Below are positions 25,855 through 38,950 of a DNA stretch of 64,000 nucleotides, one piece after another. The first letter of the stretch is position 1. Every line of letters starts with the position of its first letter. A program made the position numbers and the translations under genes. Source of the DNA: Octopus bimaculoides (lineage: Eukaryota); NCBI RefSeq assembly GCF_001194135.2, contig NC_068983.1:136769142-136833141 (forward strand), given 5' to 3'. The notes under the pieces are model-generated. The model had not been told where the DNA came from, did not search any database, and saw nothing but the letters and a program-made list of their open reading frames with translations.

Positions 25855-26595
25855 AAATTGACTACATCCTCGCCAGGAAAAGGGAAAGATAGCTGCTAAA
25901 TTGACTACATCTTCACCAGGAAAAGGGAAAGATGGCTACTTATAAATGCCAAAACTTTCCCAGGCGAAGAATGTATCCCACAACATAGACTAGTAGTTAG
26001 TGACTTCAGGATCAGGGCTAAGTGGTTGCCCAGAGGACGACCAGCATGGAAGAAAAGGGTCTGGAAGCTTAAAGATCTTGCAAATGGACAGAGATTTAGA
26101 GACTTATTACTCGAAGCTTTTGACAAAATAGAAGGGGATATAGCTTCACACGATGTAGAAGACAACTGGAGGTTTCTACAAGACAACCTGCTGAGGGCCA
26201 CTGACCATATCTGTGGATGGTGCAAAGTCCCTTCTCATCCCAAGGTAACATGGTGGTGGAACAATGTTGTTGACAGGATCATTAGGGAAAAGAACCAGGC
26301 TTGGAAGGACTGGAAGAACAGTGGTAGCAGGGAATTGTATCAGACTGCCAGAAGGGAAGCTAAGCAACAGGTTTATTTAGTGAGAGGGGAAGCAGATAAG
26401 AAAAAATTTGCCAATATTCTGCACAGTGAATACCAAAGACTTGAAGTATTTCGTGTTGCATTAGGAAAGGTATCCAGCCATAAAGACCATGCCAAAACAG
26501 ATAGTGAAGTTTGGTGCAATCCTCTGGTTTTCCAGCCCATGTCAAACCATTCAACACATGCCAGCAAAGCAAGGAGGACAGATGTTCAATGATGA
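25855..26595 (+). mobile_element. Internally deleted RTE LINE: endonuclease end and linker fused directly to the 3' tail
   Basis: IDYIFTRKRER...FPGEECIPQHRLVVSDF (APE C-terminus) and TWWWNNVVDR..REK linker, then the tail ttaggaaaggtatccagcc...gatgataataatga from about 26461. Confidence 0.85.
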
Positions 26596-27764
26596 TAATA
26601 ATGAAATCTTAAATGTTTTAATTAATTCTGAAATTTGGGAATTAAGAGTCAACAATTCATACAAAATGCTTGTGAAACTTAGGAGAGATATTTTATACAC
26701 CTTGCTGCAAGACTGCATTTGCATTATGTCTATTAAATTAAAAATGATCTTAGTTTGATAAGCTAATTACCAATGGTGGTTCATAAGTATTAAAGGGAGA
26801 GAGCTAAATATTATTATAGTGTAAATTTGATATCATCCTATAAAATATACTCCTTACTTTTGAATTACAGTAAACTTTATTAGTAAATTAAAAGTAAGTG
26901 AACAATTTTCAATACTTCAGATCCCCTCTGAGCAAAAATAGCAGCTCCAATAAAGAAATCAAAGGCAAGACCTAGTCTGGCCTCATCTGTCATGACAAAG
27001 CTAAACATCATATGATGAAGTAATTCCATCAGTTTTCCTATGGAGCTCAAACTGGACAAGTACTTGGTGATTTTTATTTTTCTATTCAGGTATTTAAACT
27101 AAAGTTCTTCAAAAGGTGTTATGCTTCTTGTACACTGCTCTAGACAAAAAGCTTTGACAAGCAGTAAACCACCAAGTAGGTTGGATACAGCAGTGGTACA
27201 AATACTTGTTTTGCCTTGCAGCAGTGGTACAAATACTTGTCTTACCTCAACTCCTTGTAAAAAAACAAATTTTCTAGGCACACAATGAATTTAGAGAAGA
27301 GGCAAACAAAGAAAATCCTGGTCAACAATATCACGGACTACACAGGTCTCGGCATCACAGCCTTTTTTTGTGTGATTGAGGACTGAGTTTCTAATTTCTT
27401 TTGTTTTAGCTTTGTCAAAAGGAAGGTATAGTTCTAAGCCTTTCAAGACTGATGAAATCAATACAATTGTAGTCAGTGTAGGAATGAGGGAATTAACACT
27501 CAGGGAAGAAAGATGCATGTAAAAGGGATTTGTGCAAGGTCTGCTGTGTATAACATGGTGGGCTGGATAAGAGAGGAAAGTATACATATCAAGTGGCATT
27601 AGTGGAGCAGCTAAGCAATTAATTGATTGAAGAAAGTAGAGACTATTGCAGAATTAATAGGATAAGCAGAAAGAGAAAATAGTTATTTGTAACTAGCAGG
27701 TCTAACTGTCAATGAACATGAAGTGTTACAAGCATATTTAATAAATTATAGTAAAATAGGTACA

Positions 27765-28160
27765 AGCTTGGCTGAGTATTTAAGAAGCTTGCTTCCAAAC
27801 CATGTGGTCTTAGTTTCAGTCCCACTGCACAGTATCTTGGGCAAGTGTCTTGTACTATGGCTCTGGGCCAACCAAAGCCCTGTGAGTGGACTTGGTAGGC
27901 AGAAACTGGTAAAGGCATGTTGCATGTGTGTGTGTGTGTGTGTGTGTCCTTGTCTTGAGATCACATGATGGTTGTAAATGAGCATCACCATCATACAAAT
28001 GATATTTGTTTCCGGACTTCTGTGAAAAATATGTCTGACCATGGGAAATATCTCGCTTAGCAACAGGTGAAGGTTGGTGAGAGGAATAACATCTGGGTGT
28101 AGAAAATTTGCATCCACAAATTCCATCTGACCCATGCAAGCATGGAAAAGTGGAAATTAA
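27765..28160 (+). mobile_element. tRNA-derived SINE with RTE-type 3' tail
   Basis: Head ttggctgagtatttaagaagc...; core cttgggcaagtgtc...ccaaagccctgtgagtgg; tail gacccatgcaagcatggaaaagtggaaattaaatgatgatg. Confidence 0.8.
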
Positions 28161-28388
28161 ATGATGATGCTGGTGATGAGGTAAATTATGATGAGTAGTT
28201 TCTAATAATAGGTTATGGATTTCAAGTAAATAGATTCACTAACTTATTAACTCATAACTTTTGGACACATATAGAACACCTGTTACTTCTGAAAAATATA
28301 TTACTGTACCTTGGACTACTCAGTCAGACCAAACAAATGATCTAATTATTTCGTCTTTTTTCTTTCTTCTTTCTTTTTTCTCACCCAG

Positions 28389-28494
28389 GCTATGGCTGTA
28401 GCTGGAGTCCCTCCTGGAACTAAATATATGTCAACTGATCCACGAGATCAATCTATACCTGCAGCTAATCAAAAATACCCCTACCTCAGTCCAG
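28389..28494 (+). CDS. Cav1: Cav1 exon (AMAVAGVPPGTKYMSTDPRDQSIPAANQKYPYLSP)
   Basis: The Q|AMAVAG junction matches vertebrate Q|ALAVAG. Strong pyrimidine tract; donor GTATAT at 28495 (phase 1). Confidence 0.92.
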
Positions 28495-30911
28495 GTATAT
28501 TCACTTTTTTTTTCCTAATGTTCTGTATATTATCCAAAGTGCGGATCTTTTACTAAAATATATTTTTTATTATTTTATAATTCAACTTTGCTCATAATAA
28601 ATATTCTACTACTACATGCAGTATTATTTTGGTAATGAAGATTTTGTTAACCAGTTGAGCTTCTAAAACTTTGTTTTATTTCATAATATAATTGGATTGA
28701 AAGAACTAGAACTCTTTCGTTAAACATTTATTAATAACAAATTTTCAAGTTATCTTACTTGAAAAATGCTGCTTTTCAATTTCTCTGCATTTTGGTTTTA
28801 ACTTATTTTTCTTCTTACTTATTCTTAATAAATGTTTTTTCTGAATCGTTTTTAATCTAATATCTGTCTTCTCAATAGATTTTTTATATATATACAAACT
28901 AAAGGAGACTGAATTAACATAAGTATGGCCTTTATAAAATCTCCAAAAGTAAACACACCTTTCAGTTATTCATAATTGTAACAAGAGTACATGGTTTAAT
29001 AAAACCCTATCTTCTATCCTTTATATTATATTACTCATAATAAAATATACATGTATACTTGCCATATATCTGCTGCACTCTCTTCAAATCATTTGAAGAT
29101 GAAATTAAACTGGATTTGATAGCTATTTATTTACATTAGTGCTGTAGCCTTTTTTTTATATTATCCCAGTCTCTAAAGCACAGCATAAACACAAAGTTAT
29201 TTTGATTATGATTTATTAGAATAGTTTTTTATATTACCTTTTCTTATTAAAATTTTAAATAAAATTCCCTTCCAAATAACGACCCACTTAACATTCATAA
29301 AACTGATTTACGAATTTTCTGAAATTCTGTCTTCTCACGAGGATCTGCATTTATGCTTGTAATTTAAATTGAAGCACATGTGCTTATATTAATACATATA
29401 ATATGTAACTATGCCTATGAAAAGTATTCCTTTACCTGGTCAATGAGTGTCTGAGTTAAAGTATTTTGCCCTCTTGTACATTGTGCACCTCTGTTGTGAA
29501 CAGTATGTTTGAATGTACAACTCTAATGCATTAAGACATTTGGTTTTGTCTTTGTATCACTCCATCTCTCCTCTATACCACAACTCAATAATATTAACTG
29601 ATCTTTTAGGTCTGACATTTCAACTATTCTTACCAAGCTTATGTAATTGTCAATATAACAACTACTACATGTTTCAGCTGTGTTTCGTCAAACTGATCTC
29701 TGATTTTGTTGCTTCATTAAAACTGTCTTAATTATTTGTTCATTAAAGGAAAAAATGGACCTCAGATATAAATGACTACATTTTCTCAAATGTTTTCTCA
29801 TTTTATCCAATTATTAATTATGGTGTTAAGAGTCCCTCCTAAATTATCTTTGGTAGTATAAATCTTCAAGTAAGAGAAATTAATTCACATAAAACTTTAA
29901 AATATTTATTTGCATTGATAAAATAATATTTTTAAGTAACTGTTTTCATATTATCTTAAATAAATCTCATATTAGTTGAGTTTATTGGGAATGTTATCAC
30001 AAACCCCACCTCCATATGATCGACCCTATATTATATTAATTTTTAAGTAATGTTTAAGATGTTTGATATTATGTAGGCACTTTTATGTTTTATTTACTAT
30101 CAGCTTTAACTTATTTTCATTATATCTCTTCTTTGTACCAAACATCAACCACATTATTCTTCTCCAACCTCTTGGATTTTGTTCCAAGCATTACAACAGC
30201 CTTCCCATGTTTTCTGCAATAAATTCTTCACTGAACTTCCCTTATGCATACATACCATAATTCAAAAATGAGAAAATCAAATATAAGAATGAGAGATAAT
30301 AAATTTATGATAAGGATTCAATAAATAATTGTAGATTTCTTAGAGGTTCATTATCAAATTCTGACCAAACCTAAAGGTTGTTCGTGCTTTAAACTTGATA
30401 TCTCTATGCTCCTTCACCAAAAAATATAGCTTTCTCATTCTTGCATTTCTTTCTCAGCATCCATTTACTCCCATTTCCAAATGACCTTTACTACATTTTG
30501 TTTTTTTCACTAACCACTGAAAGTGAAATATTGCATAACAGGCTTTTAAATATTTCATTTCTTAATCAACATCAGTAGGTGATTAACTCCATTGATGCCA
30601 GCAGGGAGAAGGCCTAAAAGTTGAGATGCTCACCTCTTGTGAGAGAATTAGCAATATAACTGAATTGAAATTGCAACAAGTAGTAAAACAAAACAGGATC
30701 ACACAAAGCATACCTTCTGTTTTCTAATGCTTAGGACTTTGGAACATTTGTTAAAGAACTTTCCCTAACATTTGAACCTACATTCATAGGCATCTCTGAC
30801 TAATACCTATATATATATATATATATATCTTTCCACTAGAAATAAACTTCCAACAATGAAAATCTGAATCAAATTTTTGCTAGCCCCAAACCTGGACACA
30901 AATTATACCCA

Positions 30912-30995
<84 letters not shown>

Positions 30996-32664
30996 CTATC
31001 TCTCTCTCCCTCTCTCTAACTAACTATCTATCTATCTATCTATACTTTATTCTCACCATTACTGCTTAAATTTATATGTTTGTTTATATTTTCAAAGAAA
31101 AAAAACCATTTGTATTTTACATCTTTCCAAAATACAGTTTTGTTTTTTTAGAGAGTTCAAAAGCTTTCATCCATTGATGACCTTGCATTGGTACACTCTG
31201 TACCTTACATAACCAAGTCTTCATCAATCACAAAAGGCTAGATTTTCTCTTAAAGATCTAAATGTACTTCGGCATTCACTAGCTATTAATAAAAAAAGCC
31301 ATGCACTAGAATATTATTTTACATATGGATCAGGGCAACTTCTGAACATATATATATATATTCATATATTGATATTCTGGGTTGTATTCAAAAAGAAACC
31401 CATCCTGCTGATATATAAACTTTGATCCACTAAATAATCTACACACCAATCAGAAAGTTGTGACCTTGTCACCTCTCTTCATAATAGTGAAGTAAGGACC
31501 ATCATATTTCATATAGAAATAAAGAAATTTTAATTAATTAAAATTACTGTGCCAGGTCAATAACTGCAACGTGAAAGAAAGAAACCCAAAATTTTAATTA
31601 GTCTGAAATAAATAATGAACTCAATGGGGAGTGAGTTTGATTATTCCTGTCCTTTTTATATGCATTGCTTCTCATCTCCCAGTCACCATACTAAATTTTA
31701 TTCTTTCAACATGCTTGCAATCCCCTGAAACCGTCTACCTGTCCAAACTTCCTTCTCTTCTCTAATCACAGTTCTGAAACACTTTATAACAAGTATAAAC
31801 TACATTAATGTTATCCTTTTATCCATGTTCTCACTAGTCTAGAAGGATTATAAGGGGTATATAAAATGCAGAGGAACTACCTCTCTCTCTCTCTCTCTCA
31901 AACATAAATAACCAACTTTAAAAACATCCTATGTATGTTTAATTTTGGGAAGGTGATATTGGGGCTAGGGAGAATATACCCCTTTTTTTTAATCTGGATT
32001 CCATTTTTTCTTTTAATTCTCATTGTCTTGTTTGAATCCTTTGTGAAATGTATTTATTTGTCACCTCCTTGTGTGCTTCACTAAATGAGAGAATCTTTTT
32101 GTGCACATATAGGTCATAGATTTATGTTCTTTAAGAAAAGATGGAAAAGACCAAGAGGTGGGTTTTCAAAAGTGCAACGTTTGTGCTTGAAGGCTTGCTT
32201 GTTTGTTTTGTTTCTTTTAGTTTTTCTTCTATCTGGTTCAATATTTAGCTTATTTTACTGCCACATCTTCATCTGCTACTTTTGTTTTAGAGATACTTTC
32301 CTTTTATCTTTCATGAATAGTCACTGATATTTTGCATGACCTCTCTTTCTCTCTCTCTATCTCTCTCTCTCTGTGTCTATCTATCTATCTCTTTCCCCCT
32401 ATATACATATAAATAATACATAAGCGTGTACATATGTGTGGCTATACACACAAATACACAAAATGCACATTCTTGTAATCCAGATTGAGTCCTTTCCATT
32501 CTGAATGTAACCACAAACTGAACAATATAAATTCAGAATTCAGGCAACTTGCATGATCTTTTGTAGGTGACTTTGTAGTTGTAGGATTGTTCTCCATAGT
32601 TATCTCATGTTAATAAGTATTTTATGGAATCAATAAATGCGACTATCTTCAGTATGTGTATGTG

Positions 32665-32774
32665 TTTTCAAGTTCAGATCCACTACATGGTACCTTGGGC
32701 AAGTATTTTTTTCTATAGCCACGGGCTGATCAAAGCCTTTTGAGTGGATGTAGTAGCTAAAAGAAGCCTGTTAT

Positions 32775-32806
<32 letters not shown>

Positions 32807-33015
32807 ATTTATATAGGTGGAGGATGAGAGTCTCTTTGTCTTGATAAAAAACAATAGCTGTAAATAAGTGTTACCATCCTACAAGTAATGTCATTTATTT
32901 CCAATCTTCCATGTTCTGGAAAATATTCCCTTGCCTGGAAAAGAAATGAGACTTGACAAAAGGATTCTGTCCAACCCATACAAGCATGTAAATGTGGATG
33001 TTAAAATGATGATGA
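32665..33015 (+). mobile_element. Decayed SINE, same family as 27765-28160
   Basis: cttgggcaagt...caaagccttttgagtgg core and aacccatacaagcatgtaaatgtggatgttaaaatgatgatgatg tail. Confidence 0.7.
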
Positions 33016-33279
33016 TGTGTGTATGTATGTGCACACACATATATATATATATAACATGCATACATAGATACATATAGATGTACACATACGCACAGACATA
33101 TGTGTCTGTGTTTGCAGGTATTTAAATAGTAACTATACTGAAGTTATATATTTAAACTGCAATATTAGGAAAATTGTGAGGAGCAAATTACTAATAATAC
33201 ACCATGTACATACAAAAAAACGATAATATCTTCACTTTCATAAAATGTTTATATCAGTTACATTCAGTAGACGTTTATT

Positions 33280-33730
33280 ATTATTGTTATTGAGTGAGGG
33301 AGCAGTGCATGCCATCAAAGTGACTCTGGGGTACAATTATACAAAGCCCAATATAGCCATCATTACTACCCGTCTGATAAAGGTACACCAGGCACTTGCA
33401 TCACAACCACATGTACGCAACATGGTGACCTTATATCAAGATAAATAGCGCATGACCTTGCAAGTGGGGCCCAGTTAGAATTTTTTCAGGTTAAGCAGCC
33501 CATCCCGCTCAAAAGGTCCCTGAATAAGATTTGTTTAAGGATGATGAACAAAACACCCATGTTTCCAGAGGTGAATTATTCAAACCCCAAAGAATTCCTC
33601 TCAACACATGGTTATGATGCTCCCCACCCACTACTTCAGCTCGTGATCAGAGATGCACATAACATCATCTATTAAGGGACATGCTCAACTGGTTAAGGTC
33701 AAGCAACTGACAAGCAAATCTGTGGTATTA
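33280..33730 (-). mobile_element. Retroposon 3' fragment with (TAA)n tail, unclassified
   Basis: GC-richer block bounded by (TTA)n runs; I recognise it as a common octopus interspersed repeat from memory only. Confidence 0.45.
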
Positions 33731-35439
33731 TTATTATTATTTTGATGCCTGTCTCCTCCATTTATTCATCTATTACATTTACTTTTCTACTACACTTATA
33801 CACCCGTAGAGTTGTAAGAAATTATAAGAATGTTCAGAGAAAGAGCCATAATGAATTGTATATGATTTTTCCTATACTTCTCATATGCTAAAAAAATATA
33901 TTCCTTCCAATCTTATTGGTACAATAATTTAATAGTAATGAAAGAGCACATGATTTTGGCTTGTAGTTAAAATTACAGCACTAATTCTATAAAAGATTAA
34001 TAAAAAGTAAGGTGCACATAATGCATTTTAAGGATGCCAATTAGGTAATTTGTGTTGTAGAAAATATATAGAAAATGTACAGTCTTATGTTTGTGTTTTT
34101 GGAAGTCAATTCAGCAACATATTGTAGAAAGTGTTCATGTATATCTTATTCATAAATTAATATGTGTACAAGTAAATAATTGTCAGCAGAAAACAGAAAA
34201 AATTCTGCAATTCTACATCTGATCCCATACTATTATGGTCTTCAATATTTCTAGACATCTAAATATGTGTGTGTGTTATTCATGTATGAAGGACTAGGGA
34301 AAATATTGACTGTTGCAAACATGAAAAAGTGGACATTAAAATGATGATATGTGTACATATTGAGAAAACTTACTGTTTTCCAGTCTTTTGAGAATTTGTT
34401 TCAGTTATTATCAGTGATTTATACAAGTCTTGTTTCATGTTTATTCATTGGAATTTGAAAACTACACTAAACAATACTCTGAGTTTCACACCTAATCTTT
34501 GTCCAAAGATCACAAGTACTAAACTCAGAGTAACAGTAAAGTTTTTTAGCTTACAATATATATATGTGTGTATTGATTAATAGTCTTCAGGTATAGTCTC
34601 ACTAATTAGTTACATGACAACTCCCAGAAGTATTAAAATTCCAAAGGGATCTTAATGCAATCCTGTATACTCACATGGCAATATAGCTCGAAGTCTTCAT
34701 GTGCAGCTTCTTCCTTTCATGTAAAATATAATGTAAGGAAAATTATTAATAACTAGTCTATTTAATTATTTCCCTTACACTAGTAGAATTGCAAAATACA
34801 TGGAATATTAATACTTATAATTGACATTTATAAATTTTACCAGTAATTTAATAGTTGTTTAGCATAGAACTAGGTAGGTGATCTCAAAAGAGGGTATGAA
34901 ACGGTTATATTGGGGTGATACAGGAAGTTCTATAATAGTTGTAATAGTTTATATTACTAGAAGATTTCTTGGAAGGCATGGCTACATTTAAAAGTTTGTA
35001 GAATGTAGATTATAGGTGAATTAACACATTTATTATTCCTCTCCAAATATAACAAATCTGGTGGTGTGATGGGTTTCTAAAATTTTAATAATTACCTATC
35101 AAAATGGTGACATCTGCCTAAAAATTCAAATAATGTGCTTAAATATTTAGATGAAGCATTGATACTATTCAATTTGGTTATCTTTTCTGCCCCACAAAGC
35201 TGACATTATCTCAGTTTTTCTATTTTATTTGATTGTTGATATTCTCCTTTTGCCATCATATTTAATTAGACAAAGCTGTTATTTTCTCATGTCAGTGATG
35301 GAAGCAGTGTGGTTAGCATATCACTATTTGAACTTGATTTCTACCATTCCTATGTTGTTACCAATTATTTGCTTCCAATTATACATTTGAGTTGGTAGAG
35401 ATGATTTCATTTCTACTTCATATGGAAACTGACTTCTAC

Positions 35440-36350
35440 AATATTACCTAAAATTATTCTAAGCTCCAAAATGGCAACAATGTAAATGCTGATACTAAAC
35501 ACAAATTTAAGCTTAGATTTAACAGCAAACTGGAAATACTATCTAAATGCAATGCTTTAATCACCATGAAGGACCATTAAAGTAAGTTTACAGCCAACTC
35601 TAAATGTAGATTAATAAACCACCAAATCAGAAACAGGACTCATCAGTAAGAAAATATTTATACATAACATTAGCATTTGGAAATCCTCTAACCTTGCCTA
35701 TTGAAGTAACACCTACTAGGTTATCTCTTGACTCAAAAATATACAAGGTTCACTCTGTTTGATATCCTCAGTTTTACTCTTTGATACCAGATACCCAAGA
35801 CTTACTCACCAAGGTGCTCCACTATGCTATGTACTCCTATAAGTGACAGAGACTTAGAGGTCACATTCCATACTACAAAAAATTTGTTCTTTGGCGAAAA
35901 ACTTGGTTCAAAAAGTCACACCTAGAGGGTAATATTAATGTGAGTATAGGCTCAGTCAATAACATAGGCATCTATTATCTCACTAGACTATATGTTGTGA
36001 ATGTTTTTAAAACATTCACCTCCACTAGTTTTTGTCTAAATATGGATGACACTCTAGCCATCTCTAATGGATACATATTAGATAGGTTGAGAAAAGACAT
36101 TATAGAGATGTTTAGATCCCTAACCTTAGACACTAACCTTAAAGTAATTTTCTAGGCATCACTCTAGACCTTAGTACTGATTCTTTTAAACCTTTTAGGA
36201 AGCAAAATAAGAAACTCACGTTACCATAGGATCCTGTCAACTCCCACTGCCTAGTGTTCAAAAAATTGTAATAAGTGTGAACAGAAGAATCTTTAATCTG
36301 TCATCAAAGAACTATTCAACTGGACAGTACCATAGTATAATGAGGCCCAT
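35440..36350 (+). mobile_element. Penelope-like element, decayed RT fragment
   Basis: Remnants ITMKDH*SKF...CRLIN.KSETGLISKKIL, NIGIY (GLYRDD region), NLKV.FLGITLDL, VNRRI..LSS. Confidence 0.75.
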
Positions 36351-36356
36351 GAGTTT

Positions 36357-36647
36357 TGTAGCGAATGCGGGAGATTAGAAGTAAGACACCTACTTTCTCT
36401 TTGTTGACGCAGACCTGTCGGGTGGTAATGTACCCTTCCACGTGGCCTGTCCTGAAACGCTAAAAATAGCGGCTGCTATCCCTCACCTTGTCGAAGCACT
36501 GACACATCCTGCACTCATGGCTTCCCTGATCGGAAAGGGTGCATTCGTCCCCCCACCTGTGTGCATGTCACCTGTGTGCCCATCCTCTTCTGGTCAGCTC
36601 CCCGGCTGCTGATATCATCCCACACGCCACCCTGATCTTAAAGATCA
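36357..36647 (-). repeat. 3' LTR (291 bp, TG...CA) preceded by polypurine tract TAAGGGGGAAG (36658-36648)
   Basis: On the minus strand the PPT is directly followed by TGATC..., and the unit ends ...CGCTACA at 36357. Confidence 0.8.
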
Positions 36648-38950
36648 CTTCCCCCTTACTCCACATCGAAGTCCACCATCCAACCAGGTGGGCGCCTTAC
36701 GCGTCGAGATCTCCTCAAGCTAGGTACCTCATTCTCCTCCTCTCCACAATCGTCATCCGATGAAGCAACAATCCTGCAAAGGTCAAAATGTGATGCGACA
36801 TTCCATCCATGGAGACGTTGTTTCTGGAATTGACCGCTGTCACCGTTCCTCTGCTCCATTGAGATGTACAGCGCACCATCAGTGGCTTAACCCAAACTTC
36901 CTCCCCTATTTTCACGCAGGTGGGTTTCTTCTCTTCTTTGTGGCACTCCGGCACTTTACTGGGCTGCCTCTATTCGTATTTAAATACTGCTCTGTGTGGC
37001 ACAGATTCTTCAGCTTGTCCGGATCGGGGAGACATGTTATACCAGAAAACTGCTTCCAGCGATGAAATGTGCCCTCTTTCCACCATGACCTTGATTGTCC
37101 AATGATACCTCTCTACAATTCCGTTACCGTTCGGCCTATACGTTGCTCTGAACAAGCAACGCACTTTCCACCAGTCGAGCATATCCCTCAACACTTCCGA
37201 ATGAAACACCGCCCCTTGTCCATTAGCAGTTCTTCCACAGGACCCCTCTCTGAAAATATCCTGTTCAAAATCTTCGCAATCTCGTCAGCAATGCTCATCC
37301 TCAACTCCCTCCAAATGGCTATCCAGCCCAGCCTGCAGTCGACCATGGAGAGATACATTCCCTGACAGTAGTGTGTCACATTCGCAGCTAGTCTCTTCCA
37401 GTTGTGCTCCACTGAAAGATTTCCTTACTCATGCCCACATGGAGCAGGGTCAATGGACTGACACCTGTCACAGCTCCCGACCACTTTCCAGATGCTTCTC
37501 CTAGTGACGTCAGCATCAATCATCTTCATGAGATACAGGGTCCTATCCACCCCCAAGTGATGCATAGCATGTAGTCTCTTCAGTTCGGAGTCATCCAACC
37601 GACACACCGCAGCTATCCCCTTCTTTGCCTCCTCCAACCACGCCCTTTTCACCCTGGTCAGTGCATCTGCCCTGTTTCTCTCCGAAGGCACAAAAACCAC
37701 GTTCAGCTTCAGTCTGAACTCAGCAATCAGCTTTCATAGAACTCCTAGGCGGCACTTCACCAACATCTCCACGACACCTTTCGTCCAAACTCTCCTCTCA
37801 ACAGTGATCACTGATCCTACCCAGCCGAGCACAGTGGCCAAATCCATCCGGATTTCAATTGAGCACAGCCCCCATTTCAAAGCCAAGTTCATCCCCTTCA
37901 GCACTGCGTCTAATTCGGCAACATTGATGTGGTTAAAGTCGTCTACTTTCCAAAGCCAGGCTGTGTCCTCCACCTCAGCGCCTTCGATCTCCAACACAAC
38001 CCCTGTCACTATACTGCTAGTATCACACCAAACTGTCCCGCATTCTCTCTTGGGCACATACCAGTTCCTACTGACCTGGTCTTCCACTCTCATCCTCTCT
38101 AGGATTTCCCGCATCATTGCCACTGTCTCCTCTCCTACCTTGTTACCCCAACTCTTCCCCCTCTGCTCGTCTCTTGGTGTAACTGCATGCTTTGCGTAGC
38201 CATCAAGCGATAGGGTAGTGACCAACCAACTTCCCACACACCGAGAACAGCTCTATCCTGCTGACGCTGGAACTCAGCTCTGGGATTTCATTTCTTCTCC
38301 GGAACACCAACTCACCCCAGCGCAGCTTCAGCCCCAGTGCAGCTCCCCACTGCCATCAACTCCAGTGGCTTCACAATCAGCCCGAACTTCTCCACATGTC
38401 TCACTAGCAGCACTACCTCTTCCAGGCATTTTATATAGGCCTCTGTGTTGAGTCTGAGGCCTTGTGGGAAGATGAACAGAGGCACAATGCCACCATGATT
38501 TTCGGAGCAGAATTCAGTCTGAAACCCAGCCTGGTTAAACAGTATGTCCGGCCCTTGTACCGCACCAGCTGATATTGCCACAGTTTGGCACTCACACGGA
38601 GCTGCAAATATGCCAACTTCAAGTCGACAATCATCGCTGCCTTGGTCAACTGTCTCCACACACATAACATCTCGCTGCAAACGTCTGTCACCTCACCTCC
38701 TGTGCGGCATGGTATATGGTCATTCAATTCTCTAAAGTCTAGCACCAGTCTGACTTTTCCCTTCGTCGGCTGCACCACCGCCATCAGAGGTAGCACTCTG
38801 CTTGCCATCTCCTCCTTCCACAGGATAAGGACTCCTTCCTTGATCCATCTCTCTACCTCATCTTCGAACTCGACCCTGGCATGACCTTTTAGGGTACGCT
38901 GGTAGCAGCTCACCCTGTTCTTCAGCATCGGGGGCTTCAAAGCAGTTGTA
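36357..38950 (-). mobile_element. 5'-truncated Ty3/Gypsy-type LTR retrotransposon (RT, RNase H, integrase, 3' LTR), frameshifted
   Basis: RT LPLMAVVQPTKGKVRLVLDFRELN...VDLKLAYLQL...LTRLGFRLNSAP; RNase H CDTSS..AELDA..RMD..NRADALTR; integrase HHCC, LMDKG, GNGIVERYH. Domain order RT-RH-INT. Confidence 0.9.

Noticed and set aside
27188-27240. CRISPR-like or functional repeat (22-bp unit twice; also a 24-bp duplication at 51703-51750 and a 17-bp one near 53518-53552)
   Set aside because: Only two copies each, in eukaryotic intron; simple slippage duplications.
27278-27379. Possible alternative terminal exon AHNEFREEANKENPGQQYHGLHRSRHHSLFLCD-stop (phase 0 after 23461)
   Set aside because: The acceptor is preceded by an A-run rather than a pyrimidine tract, and it would break the conserved Q|AMAVAG junction. 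No other support.
34475-34532. Type III hammerhead-like layout (12-bp inverted repeat with GAAA on the minus strand)
   Set aside because: The core reads CTTTGGA instead of CTGANGA, and helices I and II do not fit. At most a relic.
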